DNA of 64,000 nt from the human T2T-CHM13v2.0 reference genome, Homo sapiens, in assembly GCF_009914755.1 (NCBI RefSeq), contig NC_060926.1. One strand, written 5' to 3'. Position 1 is the stretch's first letter; each line of letters opens with the position of its first letter. The notes below the pieces were generated by a model. That model did not search any database and had not been told where the DNA came from. It was given only the letters and a program-made list of their open reading frames with translations. Shown piece by piece: positions 47,723-63,446 of the stretch. The translations under genes were made by a program, and so were the position numbers.

Positions 47723-50195
47723 AAAATCTGGCAGAAACACAACAAAAAAATAAAACTTCAGGCCAATATCCTTGATGAACATTGATGTAAAAATCCTCAA
47801 CAAACTGAATTAGCAGCACATCAAAAAGCTAATCCACCATGATCAGGTAGGCTTTATCCCTGAGATGCAAGGTTGGTTCAACATATGCAAATCAATAAAT
47901 GTGACTCATTACATAAACAAAATTAAAGACAAAAGTCACATGATTATCTCAATAGATTCAGAAAAGGCTTTCAATAAAATTGGCATTCCTTTATGTTAAA
48001 AGCTCTAAATAAACTAGGTATTGAAGGAACGTACCTCAAAATAATAAGAACCATCTACAACAAAGCCACAGCCATCATCATATTGAATGGGCAAAAGCTG
48101 GAAGAATTCCCCCTGTGAACTGGCACAAGAAAAGAATTCCCTCTCTCACAACTTTGATTTAACATAGTATTGGAAGTCCTGGTCAGAGCAATCAGGCAAA
48201 AGAAATAAAGGGCATCCAATAGGAGGAAAGGAAGTCAAACAATCCCAGTTTGCAGACAGCATGATTTTATATCTAGAAAATCTCATATTCTCTACCCCAA
48301 AGCTCCTTTAGCTGATAAACAACTTCAGCAAAGTTTCAGGATACAAAATCAATGTGGAAAAATCACTAGCATTCTTATACATGAACAACAGCCAAGCCAA
48401 AAGCCAATCAGGAACCAAATCCCATTCACAATTGCCACAAAAAGAGTAAAATACCTAGGAATACAGCTAACTTGGGAGGTGAGAGATCGCTACAGTGAAA
48501 ATTACAAAACACTGCTCAAAGAAATCAGAGATGACACAAATGGAAAAACATTCCATGCTCATGAATAGGAAGAATCAATCATTAAAATTGCTATACCACC
48601 TAAAGCAATTTACAGATTCAATGCTATTCCTATCAAACTGCCAATGACGTTCTTCACAGAACTAGAACAAAAAAACTATTTAAAAAATTTTATGAAACCA
48701 AAAAAGAGCCAAAATAGCCAAGGCAATCCTAAGCAAAAAGCACAAACACCCAGTCTACACTTACAGGACTTCAGTCACCAAAACAGGATGGTATTTACTG
48801 GTACAAAAACAGACACACAGACCAGCGGAACAGAATAGAGAGCCCAGAAATAATGCCACACACCTACAACCATCTGATATTCAACAAAGCTGACAAGAAA
48901 CAAGCAATAGGGAAAGGACTCCCTATTCAATAAATGGTGTTGGGATAACTGGCTAACCATATGCAGAAAATTGAAACTGGACCCCTTCCTTATATAAAAA
49001 AATCAACGTGAGATGGATTAAAGACTTAAATGTAAAAACCAAAACTATAAAAAGCCTAGAAGACAATCTAAGCAATACCATTCTGGACATAGGAACAGGC
49101 AAAGATTTCATGACAAAAACACCAAAAGCAATCATAACAAAAGCAAAAATTGACAAACGAGATCTAATTAAACTTAAGAGCTTCTGCACAGCAAAAGAAA
49201 CTATCAACAGAGTAAAGAAACAACCTACAGAATGGGAGAAAATATTTGCAAACTATGTATCTGACAAAAGTCTAAAAAGTCCAATATTCAACATCTATAA
49301 GGAACTTAAATTAACAAGAAAAAAACACCATTAAAAAGTAGGCAAAGAACATGAACATTCTGCAAAAGAAGACATATATGCAGCCCACAAGCATATAAAA
49401 GAAAGCTCAATATCACTAATCATTAGAGAAATGTAAATTTAAACCACAATGAGATACTATCTCACATCAGTCATAATGGCTATTATTAAAAAGTCAAAAA
49501 ATAACAGACTCTGGTAAGGTTGCGGAGAAGAGGGAATGCTTATACACTGTGGGAGTGTAAATTAGTTCAACCACTGTGGAAAGCAGTGTGGTGACTCCTC
49601 AAACAAAAACAGAACTACCATTGGACTCAGCAATTCCATTACTGGGTGTATACCCAAAGGAATATAAATTGTTACCATAAAGACATATGCACACATATGT
49701 TCATTGCAGCACTGTTCACAACAGCAAAGACTTGGAATCAACCTAAACGTCCATCAATTGTACACTAGATAAAGAAAATGTGGGACATATACCATGGCAT
49801 ACTATGCAGCCATAGAAAAGAATGAGATCATGCCTTTTGCAGGAACATGGATGGAGCTGGAGGCCATCATCCTTAGCAAACTAAGGTAGGAACAGAAAAC
49901 CAAATACCACATGTTCTCATTTATAAGTGGGAGCTAGATGATGAGAACCGACCTGGACACAAAGCGGAGAACAACAGATACTGGTGCCTACTTGAGAGTG
50001 AAGGGTGGGAGGAGGGAGAGGAACAGAAACAATAACTATTGGGTACTAGGCTTAGTACCTGGGTGACAAAATAATCTGTATAACAAACCCTCAGGATACA
50101 AGAGTACCTATATAACAACCTGCACATGTACCCCTAAACCTAAAATAAAAGTTAAACAAAATAAAGAGTCAAATAGTTCTATGAGTTTGTTTTTG

Positions 50196-50223
50196 GTGTG
50201 TATGTGTGTTTGTGTGTGTGTGT
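50196..50223 (+). repeat. Imperfect (TG)n
   Basis: gtgtgtatgtgtgtttgtgtgtgtgtg. Confidence 0.85.
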
Positions 50224-50229
50224 TTTAGA

Positions 50230-50927
50230 AAAAATAGCCCCTTGACCTGCTACCCCCACTCCCACCCACCACTCTCACCCCCACTCCACCACTGCAAAAT
50301 ACTGAGTTGAGTACTTTGATATTTCCCTCCATTAGAAGTTTTTGAGGCTTCCTCTTTATCATTATAGATTTTCCATACTTAGAGATGAAGTTTTAGCTAT
50401 TTCACATGATTGCCTCTTTTCCTAACCACACACATGCCCATTTCCCATCTGCCCAATACAGAACTGTGTACCTTTGGTTATATCAGTATTTGGTGTTAAC
50501 TTTGTAATGACATTAGTACTACTGAGAGCTGAGTAACCTAAAGTAATATGCCTTTTCCTTTCCTGCATAACAATTTGTTTCTCATGAAAAAAATAACTGC
50601 TTTGCTGCTTCTTTTTCTTAGTTTCCCTGTTTAGTTGTGACTGACTTGTCCCCAAACTCTGACCCCACCTTTTGCCTCTCTGTATATTTTCATGCTCATC
50701 TTCTTAAAGCCAGTCCCCCACCTTCTGGCCAGCTGCAATCTGAGCTGGCTGCTCTCTGGGCCTGTTGCTGTTGTCTTAGGTTTTCCCTTCAGCATCATTC
50801 TGGGATTCCCTTCATGTATTACCTCTCTCTTGATTTACTCCATCATTTTCATTAAACACATCTTCCAGTAGCTTCCTGAGAAAGTGTGCATGAAAGACAA
50901 TATATTTTAGACCTTACCTGTTATAAA
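50230..50927 (-). mobile_element. Ancient L1ME-like remnant (continues about 54003-54130)
   Basis: cacatcttccagtagcttcctgagaaagtgtgcat... then ggtagaaatactttcccccagaattttg...ccattgtattcta. Confidence 0.55.
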
Positions 50928-50944
50928 GTTTTTATTCTATTCTT

Positions 50945-54143
<3,199 letters not shown>

Positions 54144-54539
54144 TCAAGTAGTGTAATATGGCTGGGATTTGGGGAGAATAAACCTGGATCTCAGCATCTT
54201 AATGTCTTTTCTTTTGGACTAGTCAAAATTTCTAGAAAAGGCTCTTACAATGTCCCAGCTGGAAGATATAATCCTGGAAGCCCACATTCTGAGGGCTAGG
54301 TGGGAAAGAAGGCTGGAGATCTCCACATTCAGTAGACAATCCTGTACTTATGTTGTTCCTGCCGTCGACTGCGACTGGTGTTCCAGACAAGAGACTTTCT
54401 CTTTTGCTCTCTTCAGAAGACAAACTTCCAATCTTCTGCCAGGGTGAAAAGGTAACACTCACTCAAAGGTGAGTAAGCTCTGTGTCTAATGGCTTTTTCA
54501 AAAGTTTATTAAAATGGCCTCAAAAATTCCTCCTTTTAA

Positions 54540-54956
54540 CAAAAGGGCATCTATGAAAAACCATCCACAAACATCATATTTAATGCCAAAAGACTGATCT
54601 GGAACAAGACAGGGATGTCCACTTAGGCCACTTCATTCAACATTGTACTGGAGGTTCTAGCTAGGTCAGTTAGGCAAGAAAGGAAGTAAAAGGCATCCAG
54701 ATTGAAAAGAAAGAAGTGAAGCTATATTTTCAGATGACATGATTTTGTATATAAAAAGTTCTAAGAAATCCACACAAAATAATTATTAGAGGCAATAAGA
54801 TTGAAAAATAGAAGATCAATATACAAAACTCAGTTATATTTCCAAACACTAGCCATGAATAATCTGAAAATAAAATTAAGACAACTGTAGCATCAAAAAG
54901 AATAAATTACTTAGAAATAAATTCAATGAAAGACACGTAAGACTTGTACACCGAAC
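54540..54956 (+). mobile_element. Old L1M ORF2 (RT region) internal fragment
   Basis: ggaacaagacagggatgtccact...ttcaacattgtactggaggttctagc...cagatgacatgatt. Confidence 0.8.
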
Positions 54957-55383
54957 TGCTATAGATACTTCTCTTAATGACCCTAAAAATAATTCTTCCT
55001 GTGGGATTTTACTATCATTAATAAAAGTGTTAGCATAAATAATACAACCTGAATCAATACCATGTGACCTTTCTCACTGCAAATAGTTAGGTCCTGAAAT
55101 ATTAAACGATAAATTCCCACTACTGGAGGAATCCTGGTATTGCAAGTTCTTCAAAAGGAATGTTTACATCTCTAATTAAAGGTGGAAAAAGCACAAACCC
55201 CCTACCTTAAGTTACAACCAGGGACTTTGAGAAGTCTTTACCACAAGGACCACCCACACTGGAGCCATCCCTCCCTCCTGTCACTGTGTACTCTCCACTT
55301 AATCATTTGTCCCTCAAACATTTTCCTAATCACGTAACCCTCTCCTGAAAAACATTCCATTGTGCTTAGTGATCTCTGGGATG

Positions 55384-55457
55384 AAAATAGGAGTCTTCAT
55401 GATCTGACCCCAACTTACATAAAACAGGAGTCTTCATAATCTGACCCCAACTTACAT
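55384..55457 (+). repeat. 37-bp tandem duplication
   Basis: aaaataggagtcttcatgatctgaccccaacttacat / aaaacaggagtcttcataatctgaccccaacttacat (35/37 identical). Confidence 0.95.
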
Positions 55458-55708
55458 ACACAAACACATTCTTCCCAAATACTGAAGGAAAACATTACTG
55501 CATCAATGGAAATATCTTCAATGATGTAGTCCCCACAAACTCTAAGAGGATCTACAAATAAAAAGTTTTTGTCTGAAATTATCTCTCCCATCTATTCCCT
55601 CTACAACAATGTACATTTTACGTGGTTTCCAAAGCTCAAACCCACCTGTTTCAAAGAGCTTTTCATGATGCGTATTTATTTTTTCCTGAAATGTTACCTC
55701 CCTTGGTA

Positions 55709-55788
55709 TTTGTTGGTGCAAAAGTAATTGCAGTTTTTGCCATTGAAAGTAACGGCAAAAACCGCAATTACTTTTGCACCAAACTTAA
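55709..55788. mobile_element. MADE1 (Hsmar1-derived palindromic MITE)
   Basis: ttggtgcaaaagtaattgcagtttttgccatt-gaaagt-aacggcaaaaaccgcaattacttttgcaccaa, with TA on both flanks. Confidence 0.95.
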
Positions 55789-56090
55789 TAGTTATGCTAT
55801 TTAACACATAATCATGTCTTTCTATTTTCGTAAATCTCAAGCTTAGGAAATAAATTATTGATCTGCTTCTGGTACTGGAGTTAATACTTAGATATGCCCA
55901 ACACATGGGCTTCACTGTAAGGTAATCAGGCCAAGCCATATAGTTTACATCCATTAATTTTTTAAAGTGGTGAGAAAACTTCTGTGGGGAAGAAAATGTA
56001 CTTTATTCCCATCCATGACTCAATTTCAGAGATGTACAGATATTTTTGATTGTCTACAGAGAAAATCATGGGGCACTTGGAGACAGACCC

Positions 56091-56507
56091 TATTATGGGT
56101 TGAATTGTGTCCCCTGTGTCCCTAAACTCATATGTTGAAGTCCTAGCCCCCAATACCTCAGAATGTGATCTTAATTGGAGATAAAGTTGTTATTGAGAAG
56201 CTTAAGTGAGATCATTAGGGTGGGCCCTAATCCAATATGACTGGTGTCCTTATAAAAGGGGAAAATTTAGAAACAGAGACATGCATAGAGGAAGACAATG
56301 TGAAGAGACACAGAGAGAAGACAGCCTTCCACAAGTCAAGGAGAGAGGCCTGGAACAGGTCCTTGCCTCACAGCCCTCAGAAGGAACCAAACCCAGCTGA
56401 CACCTTGATTTCAGACTTTCAGCCTCAAGGACTATACAAAAAATACATCTCTGTTGTTTAATGCATCAGTTCATGGTACTTTGTTATAGGACCCCTAAAC
56501 TAGTACA
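56091..56507 (+). mobile_element. MLT1B solo LTR
   Basis: ttatgggttgaattgtgtcccc...gggtgggccctaatccaatatgactggtgtccttataaaagg...cagccctcagaaggaacc. Confidence 0.88.
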
Positions 56508-57743
56508 GATGCAACCTGTAAGTGTTTCACCTGTTTGGAAAAGCTAACCCTCTCCACTCTGTAATGGCTATATTTTTCAAATCCATTTCACCTTGTTTGG
56601 TTTTTGTTTGTTTGATATTTAAAGCAGAAGATAATTAGAAATACCCCAGAGTTAGTATCTTTTAGCCACGTTGGAAGGCTACAAGAGGGCAGCTTTGACC
56701 ATATCCATATTCTCCCTTGGGAATCTTAATACTTTTCATTTGGTGCAGTGCCTGGAATTTATATACTACTTGGTTTCTTCACACCAGTCCCAATAAGACT
56801 TCCACTGGATCTCAGGGACTAGAGAGAACTGGGGGTACCAATTATTGACTCCTCTGTGGGATTCTGTTTCCATTCTTAAGGCTGTGGCCTTGATGTGAAT
56901 ATCACCAGAAACATACGGGTGTTTTTGGTGACGTAAGCACTTCTTTTTACCCTTTCTCACACATACCTCAATACTTAAAGAATTTAAATTCTCACAGAAA
57001 TGGATAGCACAGGGTTCTCCCACAACCTTCAGTCTTTGGTCAGGCTCAGAGATTATAAAACACTAGGCATTCGGTGAGTCTAGTTCTGAAAAACTCTTGG
57101 CTGGCTGTAGAGTATGCAATATAGTAAGCTCCAGGGACAAGACATCACCCTGAACATGGAGAGTAAGCAAGGCTTACCTCCTGAATCCATAATGAACCCC
57201 GCAGGCTAAGCCCCTATCCTGAAATAGAGCACCCAAAATACCTTATACGGAAGCACAGTCCTACTGCAGGATCTGTCAGGGTGCAATGTCTGCCTGATGC
57301 TGGAGACAAGACAGCAGTCAGGACCCAGAGCACCTTCCTGTCTTTAGACCTAGCTGACACAGCAGTCATTTGATGGGGTTTAGAGAAAGGACTCAAACTA
57401 GGCAGCTGTGAGGGCCTCTGACAGCCACAGACAACCTCCTCGAAGTCTATAAACCCTAGGGAAGCTATTTTCAACACAGGCTATACAATGCGATCAACTG
57501 AGAACTTTTCAGAACTATTGAAGACAACCCTTTCCCCATATAATTTTTTTAAAACATAGCACAGGTGCTTAAAGGAAAAAAAGAAAACAGTCAGTACCCC
57601 CAACAATTAAATGAGAATTCCTGGAGGTGAGAAAATGTAAATACCCCAGGTTATTCCAATGTGATCTGGGTTGCTAATCCGTTTCTCTGAGCAACTTATC
57701 AACTCTGGCATTGCATTAGAACTGCTGATAACACAATAGATGT

Positions 57744-58018
57744 GGCCAGGCGCAGTGTCTCATGCCTGTAACCTAAACGTTTTGGGAGGTCAAGGCAGGA
57801 GGATCGCTTGATGCCAGGAGACCAACCTAGACAACATAGCAAGATCCCATCTCTATCTAAAAAAATAGCCAGATGTGGTGTGACACACCTACAGTCCCAG
57901 CCACTCCGGAGGCTGAGATTGCAGGATCGCTAGAGCCCAGGAGTTCCAGGTTACAGTGAGCTATGATTGTGTCATCGCACTTCAGCATGTGTGACAGAGT
58001 GAGACCCTATCTCAAAAC
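57744..58018 (+). mobile_element. AluJ inserted in a MER5-like MITE (about 57700-58143)
   Basis: gagctatgattgtg, gagaccctatctc; TSD acaatagatgt / acaatgatgt. MER5 end agccagggttgagaatcactg follows. Confidence 0.85.
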
Positions 58019-59123
58019 AATGATGTAGTGCCCTACCTGAGACTGATTGAATCTGAATCTTTAAGGTTGGGGGCCCAGGCATTTTTTAACCCCTCAGGTT
58101 ATTTTTTTTTTTTTTTAACATAGCCAGGGTTGAGAATCACTGACTCTAAGAAAAAATTCCACTTAAGTGAAATGGCCAGGGTTTGATGTGCCCAAGGATA
58201 CCACTGTGATATTGCCCAAATCTATAGTTTTGGACTCTAAAGCCTCAACTCAAAAAGAACATGGACAAACCAAGTTCTTCTCAGGTCAAATTTCTCACTG
58301 TGTACAAACCAACCTCACCTGAGTTTTTTCCTCCAGGACTAGGTCACCTTTAGGTGGACAGCCAGAGAGCTATCTGAGGCAGAGGCAAATAGCCACTCTT
58401 CCTTGGCCCAGATATAATTAGAAGTTCAGTCAGGGCCTGAAGACTTATTTAGAATTAAAATAATAATAATAATAAGAGCCTCATATGTTAATATAACATT
58501 TCACTACTCTTCTTACCTAAAGTTAAGTCTAGCTGCTAGAATTGAGCACAAAGAGCCTGGCCACATAGTGTTGCATGGTGGGATCACATACAAACATTAG
58601 ACAGACAAAGGCAGCTTGTCACAAAAAGCCTGGAACAGAGATTTCATAATGCCTCTTACCTTATTATTTGCTGCCCCCATTCAATGATGAAGGATCCATC
58701 CTTCTGCTCCAGGCTGGTACAGCCATGCAGGTCTCAACCACAATTATAAAAGACAATAAAGTTTGCCATTGCATTTGGTTTAGCTTTTCCAGGAACACAT
58801 TATAGTATTAAGTATAAGCATTTGTAATGACAGATTCCTGCTGGGAAAACCCCATTGAATTCAGCAAATTCCATGTAACAAACAAGATGTACTAGCTACA
58901 GAGTACAGGTAACAAAGTCAGAAATTCCATTTCAATATGTTCAAGGGAAATGACATGTATCCATGGATCAATCTGGAGGGGCTTACTGAAGGAAGAACAC
59001 CAGCTGACTATTGCCAAGTGTACATGAGCCATCCTTGAGGGAAAGATCTATTTTAGGTTGCTGAGGTCCATTTTAAAAAGGTGAGGAGACAATGAAATTT
59101 GACCACTGATGTGTGACCCAATT

Positions 59124-59423
59124 CTTTTATTATTATTATTTTTCTTTTTTTTTTTTTTTTTAAACAGAGCCTTGCTCTGTCGCCAGGCTGGAGTGCAGTG
59201 GCGCCATCTCGACTCACTGCAACCTCTGCCTCCCAGGTTCAAGCTTCAGCCTCCCGAGTAGCTGGGACTACATGCACGCACCACCATGCCCAGCTAATTT
59301 TTGTATTTTTAGTAGAGACGAGGTTTCATCATGTTGGCCAGGATGGTCTCGATCTCTTGACCTCATGATCTGCCCGCCTTGGCCTCCCAAAGGGATTGCA
59401 GGTGTGAACCACCATGCCTGGCC
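59124..59423 (-). mobile_element. AluSc-like
   Basis: gtcgccaggctgg, ttggccaggatggtctcgatctcttgacc; TSD tgtgacccaatt. Confidence 0.88.
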
Positions 59424-59881
59424 TGATGTGACCCAATTTTATACTCAAAAATTGGTAGAGTACGCAGAAGCATGGGTTTCACCTATTGAGGTAATAACAG
59501 AATTGGAACTCCAAATGAGGGCTCATGACTCCAAGTGTGATGTACTTGTTCCTGAGTCAGGATCTTCCTCCATATGCCAGAAGTTACAGCTTGGCCCTTA
59601 TCTTCCAGCAAGAATTAATGACTCCTCTTCTGGATTCTAAGGAATTGACTATACATTCTAACCAAACAAGATGGCCCATGTTATAGCAGCTTGAGAGAAA
59701 CAGAAGTAGTTTATCTACACCTGAATAAAAATAACTTTTTTATTCACTTTTTTATTCATCATCACAGATTCATCCTGGAGGAAAAAAAAACATGTAGACA
59801 AAGAATGTGGAAGCACATATATATTGCTATATATTCAGGTAGAAATGGTGTGTGTATCTGTATCTACAGATATAGACACAT

Positions 59882-60458
59882 GTTGGGTGTGGTGACTCAC
59901 ACCTGTAATCATAACACTTTGGGAGGCCAAGACAAGAGGACTGCTTGAGGTCAGGAGTTTAAGACCAGCCTGAGCAACATAGCAAGACCACATCCCTACA
60001 AAAAATAAAAATAAAAAAATTGTCCAGGTGTACTGTTGCAAAACTGTAGTCTCAGCTACTCAGGAGGCTGAGGCGGGAGGAACACTTGAGGCCAGGAGTT
60101 TGAGGCCAGCCTGGGCAATGTAGCAAGACCCCATCTCTACAAATAAATAAACTGGCCAGGTGTGGTAATGCATGCCTGTAATCCCAGCTACTCGGGAGGC
60201 TGAGGTGAGGGATCACTTGAGGCCAGGAGTTTGAGACCAGCCTGGGCAACATAACAAGACCCCATCTGTAATAAATAAATAAATAAATACACCAGGTGTG
60301 GTGATGTGTGCCTGTAGTCCCAGATACTCAGGAGGCTGAGGCAGGAGGATTGCTTGAGCCCAGGAGTCTGAGACTGCAGTCACCTATTACCTCATACATA
60401 CCACTGCACTCTAATCTGGGCAGCAGAGTGAGACCCTATTTAAAAAAAAAAAAAAAAA
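59882..60458 (+). mobile_element. Tetrameric AluJ
   Basis: Four consecutive monomers: left, hybrid, hybrid, right plus poly(A). Confidence 0.85.
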
Positions 60459-60787
60459 GCTATAACATATACACATTAGAGTTCATTTGCTAAGATTATC
60501 AAGGGAGGCTTTTAAATTAATATTTTACTTTAATAATCTAATTTGACACTGTAACTTTTTAGAAGGAAATGAACTTTAAAAGGATACAGTTCTTACTAAT
60601 TTCCATCTCCTCATAAAATTTATAATTACCTTAGAATTATTTTAGTTTTTCCATAAAAGTATGATAAGATGATGTAATGAATATCAGGTAACACTATGTC
60701 TGACTATAATGCTATCTGACAACAATAACTGTGTTGTTTTGAAATATATGTGTGCATACTGCATGCCTTGCCTAAGCATAATACTAG

Positions 60788-61145
60788 TGTCTTAGTCTGT
60801 TCAGGCTGTTACAACAAAGCATCAGACTGGGTGGCCCATAAACCACATCTATTTCTCATAGTTCTGAGAGGCTAGGAAGTTCAAGATCAAGGCACTAATA
60901 GACTCCGTGTCTGGTGAGGGCCCACTTTCTGATTCATAGACTGCATCTTCTCACTGTGTCCTAACATGGCAAAAAGGGAAAGAGAGCTATCTGGGTTTCT
61001 TTTATAAGGGCACTAATCCCATCCATGAGGGCTCCACCATAATGACCTAACCATCTCTCAGAGGTCTCACCACCAAATACTATCACACTGGAAATTAGGT
61101 CTTAATATATGAATTTTTGGGGTATACAAGCATTCATCTATAGCA
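60788..61145 (-). mobile_element. MLT1A0 solo LTR
   Basis: tgtcttagtctgttcaggctg...ttttataagggcactaatccc...tctatagca; TSD actag (60783-60787 / 61146-61150). Confidence 0.9.
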
Positions 61146-61415
61146 ACTAGTGACTTGATATATGTTCAGTTTGTTTGGAAATCTTGTTCTGTGGAGTTCT
61201 CTAATCTTTCAAGTGTGCTGATTTATTGTTTCATTTCAATTGTCTTTTAAAACCCAACTCAAAGAAAGAATTTCCTTTTGGTTTGAATGCTATATTTTGA
61301 TTTTTAGTTTGAGTTATGAATATTTAATATTAGCTTCTTAAATAATTTTATTGTCATCCTAAAATTCTAACAGAAACAAAAATGAACTTCAAATTTTTTT
61401 TAATTGTACAGACTG

Positions 61416-63446
61416 GAAGTCCTAGCCAGAGCAATCAGGCAAGAGAAAAAAATAAAATACATCCAAATAAAAAAAAAGAAGTCAAACTATCTCTCTTTGC
61501 TGACAATATGATTCTATGTCTAAAAAACCCTAAAGACTCCACCAAAAGGCTCCTGGAACTGATAAACAACTTTGGTAAAGTTTCATGATGCAAAAACCAA
61601 TGTATAAAAATCAGTAAGATTTCTATATACCAGTAATGTTCAAGCTGAGAGCCAAATCAAAATATAATTCCATTTACAATGGCAAAAAAAAAAACATAAA
61701 ATACCTAGGAATACATTTAACCAAGGAGGTGAAAGATCTCTACAAGGAAAACTACAAAACATTGCTAAAAGAAATCATAGATGACACAAACAAATGGAAA
61801 AATATTCCATGCTCATAAATAGGAAGAATCATTATTGTTAAAATGGCCATATTGCCAAAACCAATCTGCAGATTCAATGCTATTTGTATTAAACTACCAA
61901 CATAATTTTTCACAAAATTAGAGAAAAAATTCTAAAATTCCCATGGAGCCAAATTCATATGGAACCAAAAAGAGCCTGAATAGGCAAACCAATCCTAAGC
62001 AAAAAGAACAAAGCTGGAGGCACCACATTACCTGACTTTAAACCATACTATAAGGCTACAGTAACCCAAACACCATGGTACTGACATAAAAACAGACACA
62101 CAGACCAATGGAACAGAATAGAAAGCCCAGAAATAAAGCTGCGCACCTATAGCCATCTGATCTTAGACAAGGCCAACAAAAATAAGCGAATGGGAAAGGA
62201 CTCCCTTTTCAATAAATAGTGCTGGGATAGCTGGCTAGCTATATACAGAAGAATGAAAGTGGACCCCTACCCTCCACCAAATAAAAAAAATTATCTCAGA
62301 TGGATTAAAAGTTTAAACGTTAGACCTCAAACTATAAAAATCCTAGAAGAAAACTTAGGAAACACTATTCTGGAAATTGGCCTTGGAAAAGAATGTATGA
62401 TTAAGTCTCAAATGCAACCGTAACAAACACAAAAACTGACAAATGGGACCCAATAACTAAAGAGCTTTTCCACAGCAAGCAATCAACAGAGTAACAGACA
62501 ACCTACAGAATGGGAGAAAATATTCACAAACTGCATTTGACAAAGGTCTAATATCCAGAATCTATAAGGAACTTAAATTAACAAGCAAAAAACAAGCAAT
62601 CCCATTAAAAAGTGGACCAAGGACAGGGACTGACACTTTTCAAAAGAAGACATAAAAGTGACCAATAAACATATGAAAAAAATGTTCAACATCACTAATA
62701 ATCAGGAAAATGCAAATCAAATCCACAATGAGATACCATCTTACATGAGTCAGAATGGCTATTACAAAAATGTCAAAAAAACAACAGATGTTGGTAAGGC
62801 TACAGAGGAAAGGGAATGCTTATACACTGTTGGTGGGAATGTAAATTAGTTCAAACACTATAAAAAGCAGTTTGGAGATATCTCAAAGAACCTAAAACAG
62901 AACTACCATTCAATCCAGAAATCCCATTACTGGGTATATATCCAAAAGAAAATAAATCATTCTACCAAAAAGATACATCCACTCATGTTCACTGCAGCAC
63001 TATTCACCACAGCAAAGACATGGAATCAACCTAGGTGCCCATCAATGGTGAATTGGATAAAGAAAATGCAGTACAAATACACCATGGAATACAGCACAGC
63101 CATAAAAAAGAATGTAATCAAGTTATTTGCAGCAACATGGATGCAGCTAGAGGTCATTATGCTAAGCAAATTAATGCTAGAAAACAAAACCAAGTACTGC
63201 TTGTTCTCACTTATAAGCAGAAGCAAAACACTGGGTACTTACGGATATAAAGATGACAACAATAGACACCAGGGACTACTGATGAGGATTGGAGGGGAAC
63301 AAGGGTTGAAAAATTACCTGTTGGGTACTATGCTTATTAATCAAGTGGCGAGATCATTCATATCCCAAACCTCAGCATCACGCAGAATACCTATGTAACA
63401 AACCTGCACATGTACCCCAAATCTAAAATTAAAATTATTTTAAAAA
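61416..63446 (+). mobile_element. 5'-truncated L1PA16/17-like element
   Basis: ORF2 from the RT region (LFADNMIL) to 3'UTR ataaagatgacaacaatagacac...cccaaacctcagcatcacgca; TSD ttaattgtacagactg (61400-61415) / ttaattatgcagactg (63447-63462). Confidence 0.88.
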
